Assembly (NCBI GenBank): GCA_030149205.1
Contig: JASBSB010000003.1
Span: 1 to 32,000, forward strand
Origin: Candidatus Heimdallarchaeota archaeon
GTDB lineage: Archaea > Asgardarchaeota > Heimdallarchaeia > Heimdallarchaeales > Kariarchaeaceae
Reading direction: 5' to 3'
Length of the DNA stretch: 32,000 nt
A model generated the notes under the pieces. The model was not told where the DNA came from. It worked only from the letters and a program-made list of their open reading frames with translations, and made no database searches. Below, piece by piece: positions 1 to 8,511 of this stretch (position 1 is its first letter; each line of letters starts with the position of its first letter). The translations under genes and the position numbers were made by a program.

Positions 1-80
1 GCACTAGTCAGCTCTGACCCCCTCTTATAAATCTAGTTCGATTCTAGCCGAATCTCAAGCGAGGTTCTCTCTCATCTGAA

Positions 81-151
81 AATCTTTCATCCATTGAGCC
101 TGAGGGCTCAATGCTTGTCCCAGGAGTTTTGGGACAAGCTTGAAGAAGATT
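81..151. repeat. Tandem-hairpin (three-way junction) element resembling IS200/IS605-family palindromic ends; possible non-autonomous miniature element or structured RNA
   Basis: Perfect 9-bp stem CATTGAGCC(92-100)/GGCTCAATG(105-113) with a 4-nt loop, abutting a perfect 10-bp stem GCTTGTCCCA(113-122)/TGGGACAAGC(130-139). A weaker closing stem pairs 81-89 with 141-151 (2-nt bulge). The hairpins are directly visible; the IS-end identity is recalled resemblance only. Confidence 0.5.
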
Positions 152-161
152 AATTAAATTA

Positions 162-1382
162 ATGAATTATTTTAACATTAAACTTAAGGTATTAGGTTTA
201 CTGGTTATTTTCTCATTTCTTCTAACCTCAATTCAGGCAGATTCTCCTCAACTAAATGCTACGTGTCTAGTCCCTTGTGAAAAAATAGTAGATGGTGGTC
301 CAGGAAAAGATGGAATTCCAGCAATTGATGCCCCTAAGTTTATATCCGTTTCTGAAGTTAATTTGGCAGATGATGAACTAGTTCTTGGTGTTTGGTCTGA
401 TGGAATCTTAAAGGCATACCCCTACAATATTCTTAATTGGCATGAAATTACAAATGATCAGTTCAATGATAAATATAAATCAATTACGTATTGTCCACTA
501 ACTGGGACTGGAATTGTATTCAGTCGGGGTAATGTAGACAAGAGCACCTTTGGGGTATCAGGAAAATTATTTGAGAATAACCTGATCATGTATGATAGAA
601 AAAGTGATTCCTATTGGAGTCAGATGCTTCAAGAGTCGATTGTTGGTAACAAGATTGGAACGAAACTTGTGGCAGAAATAGCGTTAGAAACAACATGGAA
701 AACTTGGAAAACCATGTTTCCCACAACGTTGGTACTGTCATCTGACACAGGTTATCAGAGAGATTATTCGTATTACCCCTACGGGAATTATCGAAGTTCC
801 CGAGACATATTTTTTGGATCCTCATATGATTCTGCCAAATCTCCAGACAATAAGTTTAATCCAAAAGAACTGACTACGGTTGTTAAAAGATCAGATTCAA
901 CTTTTGCAATACCGTTCTCAACTGTCAGTAAAGGTGTTGTTAATTTTAAAGACGGTTCTGAACAACTTAATCTCTTTTTTGACAAAGCAGCACATTTATC
1001 AGTAGTATTCACATCTCAGTCTCAAACATTCATAAAGTCTAAAATTTCAAACGGAAGTATGGGGTTGCCAACGTTTCTTGATCAAAAGCAGAATAGGTAT
1101 GATTTTTTAGGAAGAGTGATAGAGAACAAAACTGGAGTCAAAGACTTAATTATAGTTCCAAGCTATAATGCTTTTTGGTTTGCTCTAGTCTCATTTTTCC
1201 CAGATTCCAAAATTTTCAATGGGCAGAATTTCATTCAATATTCAAATTCTTCAAGACTATCTTCAACATTTACTGGAAATCCACAATCAGCAAGCTTTGA
1301 TACTTTAATTCCTGTTGGTCTACTCTCACTGCTTATCCTTATAGTTATTGTTAAACGAAGAAATATTTTTTCGTTTGAATAA
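162..1382 (+). CDS. DUF3179 family protein, secreted and C-terminally membrane-anchored
   Basis: N-terminal signal peptide; DUF3179 motifs GGPGKDGIPAID, YCPLTGTG and FGVSGKLFENNLIMYDRKSDSYWSQ; C-terminal hydrophobic helix followed by KRR. Confidence 0.85.
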   Translation: MNYFNIKLKVLGLLVIFSFLLTSIQADSPQLNATCLVPCEKIVDGGPGKDGIPAIDAPKFISVSEVNLADDELVLGVWSDGILKAYPYNILNWHEITNDQFNDKYKSITYCPLTGTGIVFSRGNVDKSTFGVSGKLFENNLIMYDRKSDSYWSQMLQESIVGNKIGTKLVAEIALETTWKTWKTMFPTTLVLSSDTGYQRDYSYYPYGNYRSSRDIFFGSSYDSAKSPDNKFNPKELTTVVKRSDSTFAIPFSTVSKGVVNFKDGSEQLNLFFDKAAHLSVVFTSQSQTFIKSKISNGSMGLPTFLDQKQNRYDFLGRVIENKTGVKDLIIVPSYNAFWFALVSFFPDSKIFNGQNFIQYSNSSRLSSTFTGNPQSASFDTLIPVGLLSLLILIVIVKRRNIFSFE

Positions 1383-2684
1383 ATCTTTATTAATTAAAAT
1401 TAATAAAACGAAGAGGGTTAATATTAAAACATAGGATTGAAATAAGATGGGTGATCTATAAATAGTAAAAACTGTATTTAGCTGGAAATTTTGATCAAAA
1501 GATTCAGTTGAATTCCATTGAATAAGAAACAACCCAAATACAAAACCAGTTTTATACTTTGATTCATTTACATTAATAGAAAATGAAATTTTGGAAACTT
1601 GTGTTGTAGGAGATATTGTTGAATTGCTATATAAGATTTCATTCAGGTAAGATTTGAACAAACCTGTGTAATTCTGCTGTGAGACATTATGCACCCCCAT
1701 TTGTTTTATCAAAGCATCTAGCTGTGTCTTGATTGAATCAAATTTTGATTGATTAACAAGACCCCATATATATGACATTTGAAGCGATGTTGCTGGCAAA
1801 TTTAATTCTGAAGTTACCTGGGCTCCCGTTGGATATGAGACGGTGCTTAGTTGATAAGGTTGAAATTGCTCTGTTAGTACTTTTACATTTAAAGAGCTAC
1901 TAGTGTTAAAGTTTTGTGAGTTGCCCTGAACTGGACCCACGATTGTAAATGCAATAATTAATCCAATTATGATTAAGGATCTAAGAATACTTGGAGAAAA
2001 GGTTGCGGGGGAAAACCTAATCCAATTCACTGTAAATTTAGGGTAACGATGTGAAATCTGCTGGTCTAAAACTGGGAGGACAATGATCCTAAGATAGACC
2101 AAAAATATAGTCAGATGTAAAAAGAAATCAAGTATAGGGTACTGCAATATATTGGTCTGAAAATATTGAATTCGTTGGTCAGGTGTCCAGTTTGTGAAGA
2201 ACACGTTGCTTCCTATTAATGGATTTACAGGAGTTATTTCAATGAATAGTCCTGCAACAGATAGAATAAAAGTGCTAAGATTTAGTAGTACTCCCCCCTG
2301 AATATCATAAAGAGTGGTATCAAATGGAAAGAATATGGCGAGGGGACCGAAGGATGAATCATAAAACATGTGAGTTAACCATAGAATCACGAATAGATTC
2401 AAATAAAACCTGGTTTCTGGATTGAAAATCTTTGGATACTTTTCTTTTAAGCCTTTAGAAATTGTAATTGTGTGAATAAAGAATAGGATAATCAATGGGT
2501 AAAAGATTGAATGAGACCAGGTACGATGAACACCCACCAATAGATCGAGATCAGGAAATACCGCCCCAAGAGAGACCAACAACAACAGCGTTCTATTTTG
2601 AAACATTTTAGCTCTATATTCTTTTGTGGAAAATATCAGGACTAATAAAACAGAGATCCCAAGATGTGATGTACCCCAAGTCAT
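1326..2684 (-). CDS. YdjM-like membrane metal-dependent hydrolase fused to a C-terminal extracytoplasmic domain
   Basis: Metal-ligand pattern SHLG...PDLD...HRTWSHS...THMFYD within TM segments (aa 1-110); S/N/T-rich soluble stretch at about aa 250-410; terminal TM helix and basic tail. Confidence 0.8.
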   Translation of the reverse strand: MTWGTSHLGISVLLVLIFSTKEYRAKMFQNRTLLLLVSLGAVFPDLDLLVGVHRTWSHSIFYPLIILFFIHTITISKGLKEKYPKIFNPETRFYLNLFVILWLTHMFYDSSFGPLAIFFPFDTTLYDIQGGVLLNLSTFILSVAGLFIEITPVNPLIGSNVFFTNWTPDQRIQYFQTNILQYPILDFFLHLTIFLVYLRIIVLPVLDQQISHRYPKFTVNWIRFSPATFSPSILRSLIIIGLIIAFTIVGPVQGNSQNFNTSSSLNVKVLTEQFQPYQLSTVSYPTGAQVTSELNLPATSLQMSYIWGLVNQSKFDSIKTQLDALIKQMGVHNVSQQNYTGLFKSYLNEILYSNSTISPTTQVSKISFSINVNESKYKTGFVFGLFLIQWNSTESFDQNFQLNTVFTIYRSPILFQSYVLILTLFVLLILINKDLFKRKNISSFNNNYKDKQ

Positions 2685-2795
2685 TAAGATTGTGAAATAT
2701 TGTTAATTAATAGCTTTTATGCTCAGTAGATAAAGGATTATAAAAATCAGAATTTTATGAATTCCTTTTTATTGAATTAAATTCTTATAAAATTA

Positions 2796-5700
2796 TTGCT
2801 AGAACAATTTGTGTGGTTTAGTATTCAATCAGAGTTCGGTATCACACTTGGGGAACTTGGAAAACTTGCTGGAGAGGCAGATCCCTCATTATTAGGGGGT
2901 CCCCTTATTGGAATTAAAAGCTTGGTTAGTACAGAAGCATCTAGTTCCGAGTCTAAATTTATGGATGGTTCAACTGAGCAAGCTGCATTTGGGGTCTCAG
3001 AAATCAGAACCAGTCAGGGAGTAATACTCAGTAGTTACATTATTTCAAAAACTAAGGGAGCAGTTAAGCAAAAAAACATTGAAATTATTCGAGATGTTGC
3101 AATAAACCTTGGAAGACAACTCGGACAACTTCCAAATCTGGAGGAATACACAAGTTCTGGTAGGAGAATTTCTCGGGAGACCATGTCAGTCGCACTGATT
3201 AATGCCTGTAAAATTGTCAGAATGAATCAAAAGATGACAGGGGACGTAACCACCTTAGATCAGAGGTTTCAGGATAAATTAATCGAGGTGTTCGGAGATA
3301 AAAAGAATTTGCTGTCTCTAATTGATGAATTTTTTGAAACAAAGGGATGGAGATTAACATTAGATTTTTGGGAAGATGGATTATTAACAAGAGAAAAACG
3401 TCGCCAACTTAGATTTCGTATGACTATTCACATCCTTAGTCTGTTAGCAGAGCAAGACCCCTTGTTAATGTTAAGGTCTTCTCATAAGCAAAACCTGATT
3501 GAAAAGTATGAACGAGCTCTTGAACAGATTTTAATCTCTTTGAACCCAGAACCTGAGTTAGAACTTGTGAAAGTTGTGCCCAATGAGATTGCTGAGAGCT
3601 TCTCTAGTACATTAGCAAAAATTAACCTTCGTGATTTGCATAACGCGATAGACATAATATTTGTTCAGGTGATCAAGAGGTCTTTTCTGTCGGCCTTAAA
3701 GGAAGAACCCAGTTTAGCCTTTATTCAAATCCCAAGGTATCCTCTATACAGTGCGTATTTAAAAAACCTCCCACCAACTCAGCTTCCACACCTAGGTTCA
3801 TTTTTATTGGAAATTATAAGACCCTCCTTGAATTCCAGGCAATTTACTTACCTAAGGGTCTTCTTCTCTAAATTTATGGAGCATATGAGAGGAGTTAAGA
3901 TTACTACCCCCACTTGGGCTCTGTTAATCTCCTTTTGTATGAACTTTGTAACAGAAGATGAGTATAAAAAAGGTGTAGATTCAATTTCAGACACCTCAAT
4001 AGATGGCAGATGGAAAAAAGCACTACTTAAAAATTTTAGTAGTAAGCAGACTCAGACATTTAAGATAGATTCATTTTTGGAGACCAGAATAATTGCTGAA
4101 TCTGTAGCCCAAGCCTTTGTTGAAGTAGTATTGTCAATCATCTATGATCAGTTAATAGGATCTGATTCAGAGAAAATCGGAGTTATCCCTGAAAAAATGA
4201 TAACCATGTATAAAGAGCTAGCACCTTCTGTCAAAGCTACAGGCGTAATGACATCCATTCTGAAATTTTTAAACTCGGATTTGTTTCCAGTTTCATTTTT
4301 AGCCCCACAACCTAGAGATTTCTTAATAGCTGCTCTGCAGACGAATTTTGCAACTTTGTCATATGGGGGTAGTTCATTAGATCTTGATGAAAAAAATCGG
4401 GTTAAATATCAAAAAGACAGAATCCCCCTGAATGAATTTCTGAATAAATTTGAAAATTATGAAATTATTTATGACAATGATAAACGGACAAGATCCGATT
4501 TAACGATCATGGAGCCTATATTCTTCCTTTCAATAACAGAAAAAATAAATGTTTTATTGAGGGCAATCACCTTATCTGCTGAAACTAAGGTTGTAGATAA
4601 TTGTGGAAATATTATAAAAGAATGGATAACGCAATTTACAGAAGAACTCAACCGAATGGACTCAAACTTTGGTAAAAAGAACATCAAAAACAAAGATGAA
4701 CTCATTAATCAAGACTTTTCGTACTTTAAACATGCCATTGTGTCAACAAATTCACTCCCACCAATAATTAAGAAGGAGTATGATGGGATAATTCAAACAC
4801 TGGAGACTGCCTCATCAAACCTCATTCTGGTTTGGAGTTCAATTGCAGCAAAAATTAAGTTAGATCAGTATTCATCTGATACTAGAAATTCCTGGAAAGA
4901 ACTTAAAGCAGAATTAGATAAAACCCTTAAACACAATTTAAACAAATTAGAGAAAACGATGAAAAATCATAAAGCAAAGATTTCTAATTATGTCAAATCC
5001 ATCAAAAAACCTCTAACAAAAGCCCTAAATAGAGATATAACTGAAAAAATTCTCAACTACTCCTCAAAATCCAATGATCAAAACTCATTAGAAAAACGAA
5101 CAAAAAACACTTTACGAACAATTGCAACGAAGTATCAATTTCATTCCTCCTTTACTAAAGACAACTTCAAACTGAGTTTTGCATTAGATCTATTTGAAAA
5201 TATTCCAGAAACTTTCTATGAATCAGCTTATGATTCATTAATTTCAAACAAACGGGCTGATGAAGTTGTAAGAGAGGCCTTAAGCAAAGCAAGTGACAAA
5301 CAAGATTTTGAGATTTTAATTGTAGATCGATCTTATGAGATTAGGAAGAGTCTTGAAAAAGGGATAGTTGAAACATTGGAATCAATTGAAAACATCTTTA
5401 TCGATAGCAACGCACCAATTTTTGCTGAGCCAGCGGGGGTTTTCCTCCAACTTGGAAAAATTCCGGTTGAGGAATTGGATAATGAAGATATACTCCTAAA
5501 TTCCCTCAACTTTCCTGGAATTTTAATTGAAAGAGAATCCATGGATTGGGTTATTAAGTATCAACTCCCTTACTCAGTAAATAAAAAACAACAGGAACCT
5601 AAATTGGTAACACTTTCTGATGCAATTAGATATATTACACTCGGTGAATTTTTTGATGATATGGCTTCAATTGAGCAAGCACTTTCTTATGTTGCAGAAA

Positions 5701-5798
5701 AGTTAGAAAGTACATCTCCGTCCAAACTTCGCAGAATTATTAGTCAGGTTGAGGGATTAATATTTAGTTTAGAAGACCTTAATATTACCTTAACTTAA
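2796..5798 (+). CDS. 1000-aa hypothetical protein: longin-like N-terminal domain, long alpha-helical body and coiled coil
   Basis: Uninterrupted 3-kb ORF from TTG. The N-terminus has two beta strands followed by DPSLLGGPLIGIKSLVSTE, which resembles the longin helix-1 pattern D..L.sG.l.Ai..f..E. No TM segments; Lys-rich heptad region at about aa 690-760. ORF reality is high confidence, the domain call moderate. Confidence 0.6.
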   Translation: MLEQFVWFSIQSEFGITLGELGKLAGEADPSLLGGPLIGIKSLVSTEASSSESKFMDGSTEQAAFGVSEIRTSQGVILSSYIISKTKGAVKQKNIEIIRDVAINLGRQLGQLPNLEEYTSSGRRISRETMSVALINACKIVRMNQKMTGDVTTLDQRFQDKLIEVFGDKKNLLSLIDEFFETKGWRLTLDFWEDGLLTREKRRQLRFRMTIHILSLLAEQDPLLMLRSSHKQNLIEKYERALEQILISLNPEPELELVKVVPNEIAESFSSTLAKINLRDLHNAIDIIFVQVIKRSFLSALKEEPSLAFIQIPRYPLYSAYLKNLPPTQLPHLGSFLLEIIRPSLNSRQFTYLRVFFSKFMEHMRGVKITTPTWALLISFCMNFVTEDEYKKGVDSISDTSIDGRWKKALLKNFSSKQTQTFKIDSFLETRIIAESVAQAFVEVVLSIIYDQLIGSDSEKIGVIPEKMITMYKELAPSVKATGVMTSILKFLNSDLFPVSFLAPQPRDFLIAALQTNFATLSYGGSSLDLDEKNRVKYQKDRIPLNEFLNKFENYEIIYDNDKRTRSDLTIMEPIFFLSITEKINVLLRAITLSAETKVVDNCGNIIKEWITQFTEELNRMDSNFGKKNIKNKDELINQDFSYFKHAIVSTNSLPPIIKKEYDGIIQTLETASSNLILVWSSIAAKIKLDQYSSDTRNSWKELKAELDKTLKHNLNKLEKTMKNHKAKISNYVKSIKKPLTKALNRDITEKILNYSSKSNDQNSLEKRTKNTLRTIATKYQFHSSFTKDNFKLSFALDLFENIPETFYESAYDSLISNKRADEVVREALSKASDKQDFEILIVDRSYEIRKSLEKGIVETLESIENIFIDSNAPIFAEPAGVFLQLGKIPVEELDNEDILLNSLNFPGILIERESMDWVIKYQLPYSVNKKQQEPKLVTLSDAIRYITLGEFFDDMASIEQALSYVAEKLESTSPSKLRRIISQVEGLIFSLEDLNITLT

Positions 5799-5806
5799 TT
5801 TTTTTC

Positions 5807-6628
5807 TCATTTATCTAGAAGATCAGAGATTTTATCCAACCAGTAGGTCGGTTGATATGATAAATTTGATAAATCTATTCCTCTTGACTTTCCAGTTCTG
5901 ACTAGAACCGAGTCTATTCCTAACTCATTCGCAACTTTAACATCAGCGTTTACTTCATCACCGATAATTACCACCTTCTTATTGGTCATTTCTTGGTTAA
6001 TGAATTTTACAGCTTCTTCAACTATTGATGGGTTAGGTTTACCAAGTATCTCATACTTTTTACCAGTTATTTCTTGCAACATAAGTCCATACGCACCGGT
6101 ATCTAATTCAAATCCATTTTCTGATTCGTAGTAATGTCCCTCTTGTAATATATAGAACTTTAATCCTTTAAGAATTAAAGTTAGTACTTTATTGAGATCA
6201 CTGGGTAGCTCCAAATCTCTGACATCACCAAGTACAACAGAGTCTGGAGTTCTAGTTGTCTTAGGAAGCCTCTTTGCAACAGAATTTGTGGTAAAACATA
6301 CGGGATTTATTACTCCACTCTCTATTAAAGTGTATAAGTGATCAACAACAGAATAAATTTCATTTTTCTTTAACCCTAATGATTTAATTTGAGGTTTTAT
6401 CATCAAATCTTCTTTATTCCTGCTATCTGTATTTGTTAAGGCAACAAAGGTACAATTCTCTCTTATAAATTTTAAGACCTGGAGGGATCTGTCATACAAC
6501 CCAAAATTATCATAAAATGTCCCGTTAAGATCAATGATAACAATATCATACTCTACTAACAAACTAGAATTGAATCTGATCATAAGGTGATACTGATTTT
6601 TATGATTAAATCTCTTCCACTGAGACAT
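5807..6628 (-). CDS. HAD-IIA hydrolase, LHPP/HDHD2-like subfamily
   Basis: Motif I DLNGT, motif II LTNTD, motif III GKP, motif IV IIGDEVNADV...GIDSVLVRTGK; cap segment VVLGD...LDTGAY. True start may lie somewhat downstream. Confidence 0.85.
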   Translation of the reverse strand: MSQWKRFNHKNQYHLMIRFNSSLLVEYDIVIIDLNGTFYDNFGLYDRSLQVLKFIRENCTFVALTNTDSRNKEDLMIKPQIKSLGLKKNEIYSVVDHLYTLIESGVINPVCFTTNSVAKRLPKTTRTPDSVVLGDVRDLELPSDLNKVLTLILKGLKFYILQEGHYYESENGFELDTGAYGLMLQEITGKKYEILGKPNPSIVEEAVKFINQEMTNKKVVIIGDEVNADVKVANELGIDSVLVRTGKSRGIDLSNLSYQPTYWLDKISDLLDK

Positions 6629-6693
6629 AAATAAATCAAGTTAGATACAATATTCGATGAATACTTTTAAGTCTTAAAATTTAATAAGGTCTT

Positions 6694-8511
6694 ATGGCAT
6701 CAAATCAACTTGTTTCTCTTTTTGGAATTGCAATTCTGTTGGTTTTGGGCGTATTTGCTGATGAACTTAGTGATAAAAATAAACGATTTCCTAGACTGCT
6801 TGCCTTACTTGGGATAGGAAGTTTTCTTGTAGTAAGTCAAAATTTCATTAATTTTAATTTTTATAGTGAGGCAATTTCAAATCTGCATAGTGTTGATAAT
6901 GTAAGATTCATTACAGAGTTGGTTCTTTCAATAGTTTTATTCAAGGAGGGAATAGAATTAGATTTTAGAGGGTTTCTTAAAGATATTAGAGTTATTTTAT
7001 TATTAGCGTTTATTGGGACACTAATCTCAACGTTGATTTTTGCAGTTTCTATATCTGTATTCCTGAGTTACCCATTTATACTCGCAATTATCGTCGCAGG
7101 AATTCTTACACCAACTGATCCTGCTGCCACCTTTTCTTTGTTTAAAGGTGGGTTAAAGGTAAATCCTAAACTCAAGAATATCATTGGTGGTGAAAGTGCC
7201 TTAAATGATGCTGTTGCTATAGTTTTAGTAACAGAATGGTTTCTTTCTAGTTTAGTCAAAGGATCAAAATCTTTAACTTTTGATTCGAATTTGATAAGTG
7301 AGGTATTGATTAGCTTTCTGGGAGCAATTCTACTTGGGCTAGCTTTGGCTTATTTCTTTTTATTTATCAACAAGAATATCAAACTTAGTATACAAACGAA
7401 TCTTCTCTCTTTGGCACTACTTATTACAAGTTTTATCTTCCCATTGTTTTTCCACGAATTTCATCTTCCAGTATCAGCAGCTATTACATCCCTCACTGCT
7501 GGAATAGTGTTTGGTAATCCCACAGTGTTTGGATTTAATAGATTCCCGCTCCATGAGCTAGAAGATTTTCAACACGTACTCTCAGAAACAGGTGAGTTAA
7601 TAGCTTTTAGTGCGATTGGAATGTTTATAGCGTACAATGATTTCGCTTTGGTCCTTGGATTAGCACTTCTTTTCACATTGCTTGGGTTAATAGCAAGGTT
7701 GATCACTGTGAATGTACTACTTTTTCCATATAAAGAAATTTCTCCGAAAAAAGCATTTTTTGTGGGTTGGGCTGGAATGCGAGGGTTGGCAAGTGGAACC
7801 CTTGTTTTAATAATTTATTCAACACTAAAACAATACCCATCTGTTGCAAATTCCCTTCCAGTTTCACCTGAAATCTTGGTTTCTGCAATTGTTTTGAGTT
7901 TACTTTTAAGTGCTCTTACTCAAAGTCTTCCGATGAAAAAAATCGGCTTAAGAACAGGAAGCCTTTCAAAAACAAATCTGGTTCTGAAGCTACAGATTGA
8001 AGAAGAGGTACTAACAGCCAAACTAAATTATCTACAGGATGTACGAAATAAAAGAGAGATCTCATTGAAGGAGTACCAACTTTTGACTTTACCGTTAAAT
8101 GATCAACTACAAAAGGTTAGAGCAGAACTTGAATTAGAGTCACAAAACCTTCAAACACAAATAAAAACAACAACATATGAGTTGTTGATGATACATTTGA
8201 TAGAAAAATCAACACATGAAAATGAGGAAACGCTTGAATTAGAAGAGATTTTGGAAGAGCTTACCGAAGAAGAAATTGAGCTTACTAATGAATTAGAAAT
8301 ACTATTAAATAAGTTATCTCAAGAATTCAAAAACCTGAGGATGGGGGTATCAAGAAAGAATGAAATTAAGACCCTCAATGAGTTTTTAGAAAAAACCTTA
8401 CAAGGTATAGAAGATGGATCACCAAGACTTCAAGCTCTTCTAAAAATTGTTAATAATATTAAAGACGAACATTTTACTGAGAAGGATTTACAAGAGGCTG
8501 ATCTAAAATAG
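6694..8511 (+). CDS. CPA1 (NhaP-type) cation/H+ antiporter with long acidic helical C-terminal tail
   Basis: About 12-13 hydrophobic segments; CPA1 motifs PTDPAAT, GESALNDAVAIV and GMRG; soluble Glu/Leu-rich tail at about aa 420-605. Confidence 0.9.
   Translation: MASNQLVSLFGIAILLVLGVFADELSDKNKRFPRLLALLGIGSFLVVSQNFINFNFYSEAISNLHSVDNVRFITELVLSIVLFKEGIELDFRGFLKDIRVILLLAFIGTLISTLIFAVSISVFLSYPFILAIIVAGILTPTDPAATFSLFKGGLKVNPKLKNIIGGESALNDAVAIVLVTEWFLSSLVKGSKSLTFDSNLISEVLISFLGAILLGLALAYFFLFINKNIKLSIQTNLLSLALLITSFIFPLFFHEFHLPVSAAITSLTAGIVFGNPTVFGFNRFPLHELEDFQHVLSETGELIAFSAIGMFIAYNDFALVLGLALLFTLLGLIARLITVNVLLFPYKEISPKKAFFVGWAGMRGLASGTLVLIIYSTLKQYPSVANSLPVSPEILVSAIVLSLLLSALTQSLPMKKIGLRTGSLSKTNLVLKLQIEEEVLTAKLNYLQDVRNKREISLKEYQLLTLPLNDQLQKVRAELELESQNLQTQIKTTTYELLMIHLIEKSTHENEETLELEEILEELTEEEIELTNELEILLNKLSQEFKNLRMGVSRKNEIKTLNEFLEKTLQGIEDGSPRLQALLKIVNNIKDEHFTEKDLQEADLK

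Noticed and set aside
32-56. tRNA T-arm-like motif CTAG-TTCGATT-CTAG at the left edge
   Set aside because: Only a 4-bp stem, and no anticodon arm with a 7-nt loop or plausible variable loop in 1-31. An alternative hairpin (GATTC/GAATC, 40-54) overlaps it. Not callable as a tRNA or att site without the upstream sequence.
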